Assembly (NCBI GenBank): GCA_038207335.1
Contig: JBBQZX010000001.1
Location: 224,001-288,000, forward strand
DNA: 64,000 bases
DNA from: Chthoniobacterales bacterium
GTDB taxonomy: Bacteria; Verrucomicrobiota; Verrucomicrobiia; Chthoniobacterales; Chthoniobacteraceae
Direction of reading: 5' to 3'
The translations under genes and the position numbers were made by a program. A model generated the notes under the pieces. The model worked only from the letters and a program-made list of their open reading frames with translations. It did no database searches and was not told the DNA's origin. Below are positions 9,930 to 19,005 of the stretch, piece after piece. Position 1 is the stretch's first letter; each line of letters starts with the position of its first letter.

Positions 9930-10634
9930 TCAGTGCGCGAGGTAGAGGATGCGCCCGCACTGCTCGCAATGCGTCACCTCCCGAGCGGCACGGACCTTTG
10001 CTGAAGTCGCCGCCGTGATTTTCATGTGGCAGCCCATGCAGACATCGTGCTCCAGAGCGACCACGGCACTGTCGCCCTTGCTCCCGAAGAGGCGGTTGAA
10101 AGTATCGAGCAAATCCTCGTCCACCGCCTCCGCGAGCTTCGCGCGCTCGCTCTCCAACCCATCGAGCTGCGCCGCGATGGCCGCGAGTTTCTCGTCGAGA
10201 TTCTGCGATTGCCGGGCGACCTGCGCCTTCACCTCCGTCGCGCTTTTCTCCAGCTCCGCGGTGGCCGCCTTTTGCTGCTCAGTCGCCTCCATCAGCTCCA
10301 GCTCGCGATCTTCGATCTTCGAGATTTCATCCTCAAAGCGTTTCACTTCATTCGTGAGCGCTTGGAATTCCTCGTTCTTCCGCGTCTGGAATTTCTGCAC
10401 GTTGTACTTCGCAATCGTGTCCCGCTTCGACTGAGCCTCCACCTCGAGCTTCTTGCGCTCGACCTCGATCTCCTTGCCCTTGAGCTTGCCTGCCTCGAAC
10501 TGCCGCCCGCTCGCCGCGAGGCGCTCCTCAAAGTCCTTGCGCTCCGCCGGAGCGAGCTTGAGCTCCAGTTTCAGCGAGCGGATTTTACGGTCGCGGTCTT
10601 GGAGGATAAGGAGCTTTTCGATCTCTGGAAGCAT
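9930..10634 (-). CDS. Coiled-coil protein with C-terminal C4 zinc ribbon (DUF164 / CT398-HP0958-like)
   Basis: LLILQDRD start, long coiled coil, C-terminal CMGCHM...CEQCGRILY. Confidence 0.88.
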   Translation of the reverse strand: MLPEIEKLLILQDRDRKIRSLKLELKLAPAERKDFEERLAASGRQFEAGKLKGKEIEVERKKLEVEAQSKRDTIAKYNVQKFQTRKNEEFQALTNEVKRFEDEISKIEDRELELMEATEQQKAATAELEKSATEVKAQVARQSQNLDEKLAAIAAQLDGLESERAKLAEAVDEDLLDTFNRLFGSKGDSAVVALEHDVCMGCHMKITAATSAKVRAAREVTHCEQCGRILYLAH

Positions 10635-10641
10635 GGGGCGG

Positions 10642-10671
10642 AGTGTGCGGGGATGTGCGCGGCGGCGTCAA
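10642..10671 (-). promoter_or_regulatory. Putative near-leaderless sigma70 promoter for the zinc-ribbon/pafA pair
   Basis: Minus strand TTGACG-18 nt-CACACT-7 nt-ATG(10634). Confidence 0.35.
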
Positions 10672-11120
10672 CGCGCAGGGGGTCGAGTCATGATGAATTT
10701 CCCGTGGTCGTAGCTCGACTTGTAGTTCGAGACGAAGCGCTCAGGCGTGGCGGTCCCGTCAAAGGTGTACACGCCGCCGAAGATCGCGGCGAGCTCATGC
10801 GTGCCGTGAAAGTGCAACTCGTCCCCGCGCCGACGGCCCTCCAGCGGCACGTCGTAGCTCTTGGAAAAGGTGAGCCAGTTCGCCTTGAAATGCGCAGAGT
10901 ATCGGCTTATGCCGGGCTTCGCTTGCGGGTTCGGCGGGAGCGCCGTGAGCGTGCAGTGGAGGGCACCGCCGGAGTTCTGATGATGCTCGCTGGTCCAGCG
11001 GCCCACCCATTTTCCAGCGAAAGGATCCGACTCGCCGCCAGCGCTTCGCGATGCTGCGGGATCATGTGTGGCACAGGCGGAGAGAGCGACCGCGAACGTG
11101 GCTGCGAGGAGAGATTTCAT
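10668..11120 (-). CDS. Hypothetical lipoprotein
   Basis: Lipobox ALSAC; beta-rich body (WVGRWTS, GGVYTFDG, DHGKF); 4-bp overlap with the upstream gene. Confidence 0.7.
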   Translation of the reverse strand: MKSLLAATFAVALSACATHDPAASRSAGGESDPFAGKWVGRWTSEHHQNSGGALHCTLTALPPNPQAKPGISRYSAHFKANWLTFSKSYDVPLEGRRRGDELHFHGTHELAAIFGGVYTFDGTATPERFVSNYKSSYDHGKFIMTRPPAR

Positions 11121-11872
11121 TGGGTGTTTTCGTTCAGGAAGACGCGCATTTCCTCTTCGTCGCCGTGAAAGGTGACGAGCGTGCAGATGCCGTCTTTCTC
11201 GATGATCGCCGAGATCAGCCCGCCGTCGTCGAAGATCTTCCAGTCCGGCTCGCCGTCGAGCTTCACGCCGAAATCCGCCGCGCGAAAAACGGCGATGAGC
11301 GAATCGTGGCTGTCGATGGCGATCTGCGCGACGGGATGCCCGTCCTGCTTGAAAACCCGCGCGCCGACTGCGGAAAGGCGCGCGATGCCGGGTGGCAGCG
11401 CAAAGCCTTCAAAGCCGTGCATGTAAAAGATATCGCCGAGTTCGCCAGCGGTGGAATGCGTGCGCTCGAGTTCCGCGCCGCTCATCCTGCCCGCCACCGC
11501 TGCGATCTTCTCGACCGCGCCGCGGCCGGGAAAATCGCCCCGATGATCGAGCGTGGTCCACGTGAAAAAGCCGATGGTGAGCAGCGCCCCCGCCAGCGCT
11601 GCGAGGATCGCGGGGTGGAAAATATGCGTCCGCAGCTTCACCGGCGCGGCGGTTGCATCGGACGTCGCGCCAGCGCAAATGCACGATGTTTCAGGTGGCT
11701 CGATCGCGCGGATTGCATCGATGATTTCCTGGTCGAACACGAGCTGCGCCTCGAGCTTCGCTCCCAAGACCGCGTCGCCTTTCGCGATCTTCGCGGCCTT
11801 CGCAATCCTTGCATCCATCGGCCTCTCCGCTCGGTAGCAAGGCAGCAGCGCCTCTGCCGCTTTCGGACTCAT
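11117..11872 (-). CDS. Putative transmembrane anti-sigma factor
   Basis: Helical N-terminal domain (FDQEIIDAIRAIEPP), one TM helix (AILAALAGALLTIGFF), extracytoplasmic domain; coupled (4-bp overlap) to the ECF-like gene. Confidence 0.6.
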   Translation of the reverse strand: MSPKAAEALLPCYRAERPMDARIAKAAKIAKGDAVLGAKLEAQLVFDQEIIDAIRAIEPPETSCICAGATSDATAAPVKLRTHIFHPAILAALAGALLTIGFFTWTTLDHRGDFPGRGAVEKIAAVAGRMSGAELERTHSTAGELGDIFYMHGFEGFALPPGIARLSAVGARVFKQDGHPVAQIAIDSHDSLIAVFRAADFGVKLDGEPDWKIFDDGGLISAIIEKDGICTLVTFHGDEEEMRVFLNENTQ

Positions 11873-12288
11873 TGCGCCGCCTCCTCGCGGCTCCGCGCGC
11901 GCTGCAGAAATGCGCGGGCGCGGGTGAGAGTCTCAGCCAACCGGTCGATATTCATCCCGAGAATTTGCGCGATTTGGTCAGGCGAAAATGGATCGAGATA
12001 AAACAGCGCCAGCGCGCTGCGCTCCGGCTCCGGCAGCGAATGGAAGCGATCCGCGACCGTGCCGGTTTCGCTCTCCGCGTCGCGGGAAATCTCCATGCAG
12101 CGCTGCCGGATGCGCGTCGCCAGCCACGCCGCGCGGCGCGCTTCATCGCGGATGTCGGCGATGCGCCGCTCACCTTCTCGCAGCGTCTCAGAAAACGCCC
12201 GTTCGGCCGCTGCGTGGTCGCCCGTGAGAAGCAGGGCGAATCGGTAAAAATCCGCAAGGCCGGCGCGGGGGAGCAGCTCGTGTTGCAC
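11869..12288 (-). CDS. Short, divergent ECF-type sigma factor
   Basis: Region 2-like YRFALLLTGDHAAAE...WL and region 4-like LPEPERSALALFY...IAQILG...LTRARAFL; only 139 aa. Confidence 0.7.
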   Translation of the reverse strand: MQHELLPRAGLADFYRFALLLTGDHAAAERAFSETLREGERRIADIRDEARRAAWLATRIRQRCMEISRDAESETGTVADRFHSLPEPERSALALFYLDPFSPDQIAQILGMNIDRLAETLTRARAFLQRARSREEAAQ

Positions 12289-12350
12289 GCCGCCGTTTAT
12301 TTCAAATCGCGACGAGAAACCACAAGCGCCGAATCGCGCGCCCGGTCTCG

Positions 12351-12379
12351 TTGACTTGCATTTCCCGGCTCCGTATCTT
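12351..12379 (+). promoter_or_regulatory. Sigma70-type promoter for the PTP-RpiB-GlyA gene
   Basis: TTGACT(12351-56)-17 nt-TATCTT(12374-79), 20 nt before the GTG start. Confidence 0.6.
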
Positions 12380-12399
12380 CCGCGCTACTCATTTTTCTC

Positions 12400-14589
12400 G
12401 TGAAGCACGTCCTTTTCATCTGCACCGGAAACATCTGCCGCAGCCCAATGGCGGAGGGGATGTTTCGCGAAATGGTGAAAGGCCGCGGCGACGTGATCGT
12501 GAGCTCCGCGGGCGTCGGCGCAATCCACGGGCAGCCGCCGAGCCTTCATTCCGTCGAGGTCCTGCGGCCGTGGGGCATCGAGATCGCGCGCCAGCGCAGC
12601 CAGCCGCTGAGCAAATATTTGGTCGAGGAAGCGACGCACATTTTCGCAATGACGCGCGGGCATCTCGAGACGATCCGCACGCTCTTTCCCGAGGCTGCGG
12701 AAAAGGGATACCTGCTCTGCGAATTTGAGCCGAAGCTCCGCGGCGCGCCCGACGTGCCGGACCCGATCGGGCTCGGGATCGACGCCTATTTCCAATGCCG
12801 TGACACGCTGAAAATCGCACTGCCGGGCGTCCTCAAATTTGTCGATAAACCCATGACCACCACGCCTCAACCCGCACCCGCTACCGCAGCTCCCGCCCGC
12901 GTCCTCCGCGTCGCACTCGGCGCAGATCACGGCGGCGTCGAACTCAAAAAAACGATCCACGCCGCGCTCACGAAAAAGGGATACATCATCTCCGACTTCG
13001 GCGTGAACACGCCGGACGTGTCGGTCGATTATCCGGATTTTGCCGAGGCGGTGAGCCGCGATGTGGTCGCGGGCGGTTCCGATTTCGGCATCCTCGTTTG
13101 CAAAAGCGGCATCGGCATGAGCATTGCCGCAAACCGCCATCCGCAAATCCGCGCGTCGCTCGTCGATAACGCCGAGGACGCGAAACTCACGCGGATGCAC
13201 AACGACTCAAACGTCCTCTGCCTCGCGTCGAATCACGTCGAAGCCGTGAACGTCAACCGCATCGTCGAGGCGTTTCTCGTCACGCAATTTGAGGGCGGAC
13301 GCCACGCGCGCCGGCTCGAAAAACTCGATCAAATCGGCGCGGCAGTGCGCGGAGCCGAATCGCTCGCGGAGGCCGACCCGGAGATTTTTGCAGTGATCGA
13401 GGCAGAGTCGCGGCGGCAGTTTGAAAACATCGAGCTCATCGCGTCGGAGAATTTCACGAGCCGTGCGGTCATGGAGGCGCAGGGCTCCTGTCTCACGAAC
13501 AAATACGCCGAGGGCTACCCGACGCGCCGCTGGTACGGTGGATGTGAAAATGTCGATGTCGCCGAGCAACTCGCGATCGACCGCGCGAAGCAGCTTTTCG
13601 GCGGCGAACACATCAACGTCCAGCCGCACTCCGGCTCGCAGGCGAACATGGCGGTCTATTTTTCCGTCCTCCAGCCCGGCGACAAAATCCTGACGATGGA
13701 CCTCGCGCACGGCGGCCACCTCACGCACGGGAACCGCGCGAATTTTTCCGGCCGCTTTTTTGAAATCTCGCACTACGGCGTGAGCCAAAACGACGAGCGG
13801 ATCGACTACGACGCACTCGCGCAGCACGCCGCGGAATTCCGCCCGAAGATGATCACCGCCGGTGCTTCCGCCTACTCGCGGGTCATTGATTTCAAGCGCA
13901 TGCGCGAGATCGCGGACTCCGTCGGCGCGCTGCTTTTCGTGGACATGGCGCACATCGCCGGGCTCGTCGCCGCGGGCGTGCATGCAAGTCCCGTCGAACT
14001 TGCCGATTTCACCACCACCACCACGCACAAAAGCCTGCGCGGCCCGCGCGGCGGCATCGTCATCTGCAAATCGCAATACGCGAAAGGCATCGACTCGCAG
14101 GTCTTCCCCGGCATCCAGGGCGGACCACTGGAGCACGTCATCGCGGCGAAAGCCGTCTGCTTCCACGAAGCGCTCCAACCCGGCTTCAAAGCCTACGCGC
14201 AGCAGATCGTGAGCAACGCAAAAGCACTCGCCGCGCGCCTCGCGCAGAACGGATACCGCATCGTCTCCGGCGGCACCGACAACCACCTCATGCTCGTCGA
14301 TCTGCGCCCCGCCGGCATCAACGGCAAACTCGCGCAAGAGACGCTCGACCACGCCGGCATCACCGTGAACAAAAACGGCATCCCGTTCGACACCGAGAAA
14401 ATCACGCTCGGCGGCGGCATCCGCGTCGGCACTCCGGCGGTCACGACGCGCGGGATGAAAGAGGAGTCCATGATGGAAATCGCCGACCTCCTCCACCGCG
14501 GACTCCAGCAAAAAGACTCACCCGCCGAGCTTGAAAAAATCCGACTCGAAGTGCGTGAAATGATGCGCCGCTACCCGTTGCCGGGGTGA
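12400..14589 (+). CDS. glyA: Triple fusion: low-molecular-weight protein phosphatase + ribose-5-phosphate isomerase B + serine hydroxymethyltransferase
   Basis: CTGNICRS and DVPDP (LMW-PTP); ADHGG, DYPD, CKSGIG, HNDSNVL, FEGGRH (RpiB); [36 protein letters not shown] (SHMT PLP lysine), all in one ORF. Confidence 0.95.
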   Translation: MKHVLFICTGNICRSPMAEGMFREMVKGRGDVIVSSAGVGAIHGQPPSLHSVEVLRPWGIEIARQRSQPLSKYLVEEATHIFAMTRGHLETIRTLFPEAAEKGYLLCEFEPKLRGAPDVPDPIGLGIDAYFQCRDTLKIALPGVLKFVDKPMTTTPQPAPATAAPARVLRVALGADHGGVELKKTIHAALTKKGYIISDFGVNTPDVSVDYPDFAEAVSRDVVAGGSDFGILVCKSGIGMSIAANRHPQIRASLVDNAEDAKLTRMHNDSNVLCLASNHVEAVNVNRIVEAFLVTQFEGGRHARRLEKLDQIGAAVRGAESLAEADPEIFAVIEAESRRQFENIELIASENFTSRAVMEAQGSCLTNKYAEGYPTRRWYGGCENVDVAEQLAIDRAKQLFGGEHINVQPHSGSQANMAVYFSVLQPGDKILTMDLAHGGHLTHGNRANFSGRFFEISHYGVSQNDERIDYDALAQHAAEFRPKMITAGASAYSRVIDFKRMREIADSVGALLFVDMAHIAGLVAAGVHASPVELADFTTTTTHKSLRGPRGGIVICKSQYAKGIDSQVFPGIQGGPLEHVIAAKAVCFHEALQPGFKAYAQQIVSNAKALAARLAQNGYRIVSGGTDNHLMLVDLRPAGINGKLAQETLDHAGITVNKNGIPFDTEKITLGGGIRVGTPAVTTRGMKEESMMEIADLLHRGLQQKDSPAELEKIRLEVREMMRRYPLPG

Positions 14590-14692
14590 CAGCCGCAGCA
14601 GCGGCGCTTGGCATTCGCGCTGCGATGCTCTGAAGCCATGGCGGCTGAAGTTCCTGCGCAGTGAGTTGAGGTCGTTAAGCGACTTGGGTGCC

Positions 14693-15505
14693 ATGCCTTG
14701 CACATTCACTCATCCGCTCGCTGTTGTGCCTTTTCGCCGGTTGTGCCCGGCGAGGTTGAGCTATGCGGCATTGGTCGTTGGCAGCATGTCCCCGGACTTC
14801 GGCTATTACTTGGGGCAGTTTCCGTTAGCTCGATTCGCACATACGATTCCCGGCAGCTTCGCCATCTGTCTGCCGTCGGGCTTGCTGGCCCTCGTCATCT
14901 TTTACTGCCTGCGCCGTCCGCTTTGCTTCATCCTCCCGCAGCCGCACCGAGCCGCGCTTACGCCGTTGTCTGAAGTGCGAGCACTTCTTGACTGGCGAAG
15001 CCGGCTCGTCGCCGTTGCCTCCCTTTTGCTGGGTGCGTGGAGCCACACCATCTGGGATTCGTTTACCCATGAAGGCGCGTGGACGGTGCGCCACCTTGCC
15101 GTATTGAGGGCACCACTCCTTCAGATCGGTGGGACGGCGCTTCCCACATCCTACGTTTTGCAACAAACGAGCACTTTCGGTGGCGGCGCTGTGCTCGCGG
15201 TGATGTATTTCCTTTGGCTCCGACGACAACCCTGTGCGCCTGCCGCGAGCGACCGCTTTTCCTCCGACGGTTGGCGATATGTTCTTCTCGGCTCGCTTGT
15301 TGTCATCGCACTCCTCGGCGCCATTCCCTCGGCTCTCCGCATGGCTTCGCTTTTCGAAGGCTACACCGCGCTCCGTGTTTTCGTATTTCGCACCGGAGTT
15401 TATGCGTCCGCGATTTTCCTCCCGGTAATCGCCTTCTCGGCCTGCGTTCTACACGCCGTTCACCGGAGAAGCTCACAGCCGACAGCCGAGAAAATCGAGG
15501 GATGA
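14693..15505 (+). CDS. DUF4184 family membrane protein (putative metal-dependent hydrolase)
   Basis: MPCTFTHPLAV, GSMSPD, AHT, SHTIWDSFTH motifs; ATG at 14693 preferred as start. Confidence 0.8.
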   Translation: MPCTFTHPLAVVPFRRLCPARLSYAALVVGSMSPDFGYYLGQFPLARFAHTIPGSFAICLPSGLLALVIFYCLRRPLCFILPQPHRAALTPLSEVRALLDWRSRLVAVASLLLGAWSHTIWDSFTHEGAWTVRHLAVLRAPLLQIGGTALPTSYVLQQTSTFGGGAVLAVMYFLWLRRQPCAPAASDRFSSDGWRYVLLGSLVVIALLGAIPSALRMASLFEGYTALRVFVFRTGVYASAIFLPVIAFSACVLHAVHRRSSQPTAEKIEG

Positions 15506-15554
15506 CGCAAAGAGTGTGGTGGGCGCAAGTCGCAGTTTTGGGGAGTAAATGAGA

Positions 15555-16340
15555 TCAGCGGCAATGCAAGGCGATGTCAGATATGAGCAGCGCCTCGGCA
15601 TTTTCGCCGTATGGAGCTTGCGCAGCGGGGCTGCCATCTGGCCCCACGATGAGGGAGCAACCGATGCAGCTTCTCCCTTTCCACGGACCCGCGGTGACTG
15701 GCCCGACGTTGCTCGCGCCCGCGATCCAGATGCCGTGCTCGCGCGCGACGCGTCCGTAGCAATCGCGCCACAGCGCGCCGTACGGCTCGCGGGCTTGATC
15801 GTGATCGGACGGGACCGCCCACGCGCACGGTGAGACGATGAGTTGCGCGCCCATCAGCGCGAGCGTGCGCGAGATCGCTTCGCCGGGTGCAAACGCGTCG
15901 GCGCAAATCATGACGCCGAGCGTGCCGAGCGTCGTGTGCGCCACGGCGAGGCGGTCGCCGCGGGCGTAAAGGTCCTGCGCGAAATCGAGTTCGTGGATTT
16001 TGCGATGATGCAGGAGCAGTTCGCCTTCCGGCGAAATGAGCACGGCGGCATTGAACCGCAGCAGGCCCGCCACCTCCACCAGTCCGGCGCAGAGATGCAC
16101 CCGCTCGCGGCAGGCGATGGCGCGTAATCTCTCGAACGGTGCACCGCCTGGAATCGACCCCGCGGATTCGCGCGCCGACGGATGAGTCCAGCCGCAATCC
16201 AAGGTCTCCGGCAGCAGCACCAGGTCCGCGCCGGCCGCCGCCGCCTCGCGCACACGCTCCTCCGCGCGTGCGAGATTTGCCTTCACGCGACCGGGCTCGA
16301 CGAGCATTTGCACGAGGGCGAGGCGCAGCGAGCAAGGCAT
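15555..16340 (-). CDS. Carbon-nitrogen hydrolase (nitrilase superfamily)
   Basis: Catalytic E (LLPE), K (HRKIH), C (MICAD). Confidence 0.88.
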   Translation of the reverse strand: MPCSLRLALVQMLVEPGRVKANLARAEERVREAAAAGADLVLLPETLDCGWTHPSARESAGSIPGGAPFERLRAIACRERVHLCAGLVEVAGLLRFNAAVLISPEGELLLHHRKIHELDFAQDLYARGDRLAVAHTTLGTLGVMICADAFAPGEAISRTLALMGAQLIVSPCAWAVPSDHDQAREPYGALWRDCYGRVAREHGIWIAGASNVGPVTAGPWKGRSCIGCSLIVGPDGSPAAQAPYGENAEALLISDIALHCR

Positions 16341-16494
16341 GGTTCCGATAGAAACATACGAATTTTGCCACGCAATTCATCCCGGGGTTCCGACCGACCC
16401 GGCGCGCGCGGCGGATGCTCGCAAATCCGAATGGGCCTGCAACAATCGGCGCATGAATACGCGGTTCATGCAAAGCGCTCCCCCAGTGAAGAGG

Positions 16495-18615
16495 ATGATG
16501 AGTTTCCCACGCGCGATGCTGCCGCTCCTGCTGGCGTTGGCGGCGCTTTCGGGCGCAGCGTTTGGCGCTGACGCGGATGCGCGGTCGGGCGAGCTGAAGA
16601 CGCTCGACGGTTATTTTCCCTTCGCTCCATCGGAGTCGCGGGCGGCTTGGGAAAAGCGCGCGGATCAAGTGCGGATGCGGGTTCGTGTGGCGGAGGGCAT
16701 TTGGCCGGAGCCGACGCGGACGCCGCTGAATGCGGTGGTGCATGGGCGGATTGAGGGAGACGATTACACGGTCGAAAAAGTCAGCTTCGAGTCGATGCCG
16801 GGACTTTTCGTTACGGGAAATCTTTACCGTCCGCGCGGCGAGGCGGCGTTGAAAAGGCCGGCGATTTTGTGTCCGCATGGGCACTGGGACGAGGCGCGTT
16901 TTCAAGTTCTAGGCAATGCGGAAATCGCGAAAGAAATTGCTTCGGGCGGTGAGTTTTTGCCGAACGGCGGGCGCAGCATGTTCCAGTCGCTTGGAGTGCG
17001 ACTCGCGCGCATGGGGTGCGTCGCGTTCGTTATCGACATGCTCGGATATTGCGACAGCAAGCAGCTCGATTTTGCACTCGTGCACAAATTTGCGAAGCAG
17101 CGTCCGGAGATGAACACGCGGGAAAATTGGGGCCTTTTCAGCCCGCAGGCGGAGGCGCACGCGCAGAGCGCGATGGGCTTGCAGACTTGGAATTGCGTGC
17201 GCGCGCTCGACTTCCTCACTTCGCTCCCCGACGTCGATCCGGCGCGGCTCGGCTGCACGGGCGCGAGCGGCGGCGGCACGCAGACGATGCTACTCGGAGC
17301 GATCGATCCGCGGCTGGCGGTGGAGTGCCCGGCGGTGATGGTTTCGACAGCGATGCAGGGCGGATGCACTTGCGAAAATGCGTCTCTGCTGCGCGTTGGC
17401 ACGGGTAATGTCGAGTTCGCTGCGCTCTTCGCTCCGAAGCCGCTCGGCATGACCGCGGCGAATGACTGGACGAAGGAAATGCCGACGAAAGGCTTCCCGG
17501 AATTGCAGCGCCATTTCGCGATGATGGGCGCGCCGGAGCACGTCGCGCTGTGGCCATTTCTGCAATTTGGGCACAACTACAACGCCGTCAGCCGCGCGAA
17601 AATCTACGCGTGGTTCAACGAACACTTCGCGCTGGGCCTCGCGCCGGAAAAGCTCGTCGAGCGCGAGTACACGCTTCTCCAAAAAGACCAGCTCACCGTC
17701 TGGGACGCCGCGCATCCGGCTCCCGCGGGCGGTCCGGATTTCGAGCGCGGGCTGCTCCGCTGGTGGAATGACGACGCGCAAAAGCAGATCACGGCTTCAA
17801 CGGCGCAATTCCGCAAAATCGCCGAGCCCGCGTGGGAGATCATCCTCGGGCGCACGCTCGCGGAGGTCGGCGGGGTGGAGTTCGACCTCCAGTCGAAAGT
17901 GGAGCGAGATGACTACTGGGATCTTACGGGTCTCATCCGCAATACGACCTACGGCGAGAACGTCCCCGCGCGCTTTTTACATCCGAAAAAGTGGAGCGGC
18001 AAGACGGTCATCTGGCTCGACGAACGCGGGAAGATCGGGCTCTTCGACAAAAAGACGATCCGCCCGGAAGTCCGGCAGTTGCTTGATTCCGGGGCGAGCG
18101 TCATCGGCCTCGACCTCTTCCAGCAGCCGGAGAATCCCACCCAAACGCGCCGCGTTTCGAACCCGCGCGAGGCCGCCGCATACACCTTCGGCTACAACGA
18201 CGCGCTCTTTTCGCAGCGCGTCCACGACATCCTCACCACCATCGAGTTCATCCGCAAAAACGACCACGCGCCGCGCAACATTTCGATCGTTGCGCTCGAC
18301 TCCACGGGCCCGCTCGCCGTCGCCGCCCGCGCCCTTTTCGGCCCGGCGCTCTCGCGGGTCGCGGTCGCTATCCACGGCTTCCGTTTCGATGGCATCCTCG
18401 ACCTCCGCAACCCCGGCTTTCTGCCCGGCGCGGCCAAATATGGCGGGCTTGCCGGCCTCCTCGCGCTTGGCGCTCATGCGGAGGCGCGCGTGCTCACGGG
18501 CGATTCCAGCCTCGCCACCACCACCCGCGCGTTTGCATCGGGTGCGCCGCTGGTGACGTTCGCGGACGCCTCCAGTCCCACCGCCGATTCGATCCGCTGG
18601 GTCATCGCGGACTGA
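16495..18615 (+). CDS. Secreted alpha/beta-hydrolase (acetylxylan esterase-like, two-domain PVC type)
   Basis: Signal peptide after MMSFPR; VTGNLYRP, LCPHGH, GCTGASGGGTQT nucleophile elbow, GGCTCEN, GHNY. Start uncertain. Confidence 0.8.
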   Translation: MMSFPRAMLPLLLALAALSGAAFGADADARSGELKTLDGYFPFAPSESRAAWEKRADQVRMRVRVAEGIWPEPTRTPLNAVVHGRIEGDDYTVEKVSFESMPGLFVTGNLYRPRGEAALKRPAILCPHGHWDEARFQVLGNAEIAKEIASGGEFLPNGGRSMFQSLGVRLARMGCVAFVIDMLGYCDSKQLDFALVHKFAKQRPEMNTRENWGLFSPQAEAHAQSAMGLQTWNCVRALDFLTSLPDVDPARLGCTGASGGGTQTMLLGAIDPRLAVECPAVMVSTAMQGGCTCENASLLRVGTGNVEFAALFAPKPLGMTAANDWTKEMPTKGFPELQRHFAMMGAPEHVALWPFLQFGHNYNAVSRAKIYAWFNEHFALGLAPEKLVEREYTLLQKDQLTVWDAAHPAPAGGPDFERGLLRWWNDDAQKQITASTAQFRKIAEPAWEIILGRTLAEVGGVEFDLQSKVERDDYWDLTGLIRNTTYGENVPARFLHPKKWSGKTVIWLDERGKIGLFDKKTIRPEVRQLLDSGASVIGLDLFQQPENPTQTRRVSNPREAAAYTFGYNDALFSQRVHDILTTIEFIRKNDHAPRNISIVALDSTGPLAVAARALFGPALSRVAVAIHGFRFDGILDLRNPGFLPGAAKYGGLAGLLALGAHAEARVLTGDSSLATTTRAFASGAPLVTFADASSPTADSIRWVIAD

Positions 18616-18645
18616 ACGTGCCTTCATCACCCCCGAAATCCGACC

Positions 18646-19005
18646 CTGAAAACCTCCCTCGTCCTCCCCATCGTCCTCGCTCTGGCCGTGCTCACCCCCG
18701 GTTGCGCGCTTTTCAAGCACCCGCCTAAGCCGCCGCGCGCCGAGGTCGTCGGCATTCCCAGCTTTGTTGGCACGGTTGCTGTCGTCGATGAGGACGATCG
18801 CTTCGTGCTCATCGACACCGACTACACGAGCACCCTCGAGCCCGGCACCGAACTCAAAACCCTCACCGGCCAAACCGAAACCGGCACCCTGCGCCTCAGC
18901 CCCGAGAAGCGCCGCCCATTTTTCGCGGCCGACATCGTCTCGGGCGCTCCGAAGAAAGGCGACCGCGTGCTGCAGATCATCCGCAAGACCGTTCCCCGGC
19001 AGTGA
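18646..19005 (+). CDS. Small hypothetical lipoprotein
   Basis: A complete signal peptide (KTSLVLPIVLALAVLTPGC) needs a start at CTG 18646; the ORF track starts at GTG 18688. Overlaps the sialidase start by 4 bp. Confidence 0.6.
   Translation: MKTSLVLPIVLALAVLTPGCALFKHPPKPPRAEVVGIPSFVGTVAVVDEDDRFVLIDTDYTSTLEPGTELKTLTGQTETGTLRLSPEKRRPFFAADIVSGAPKKGDRVLQIIRKTVPRQ

Noticed and set aside
12400..12850. Arsenate reductase ArsC belonging to the arsenic cluster
   Set aside because: CTGNICRS with DVPDP fits a LMW protein phosphatase; it is fused to RpiB-GlyA and lies 12 kb from the cluster.
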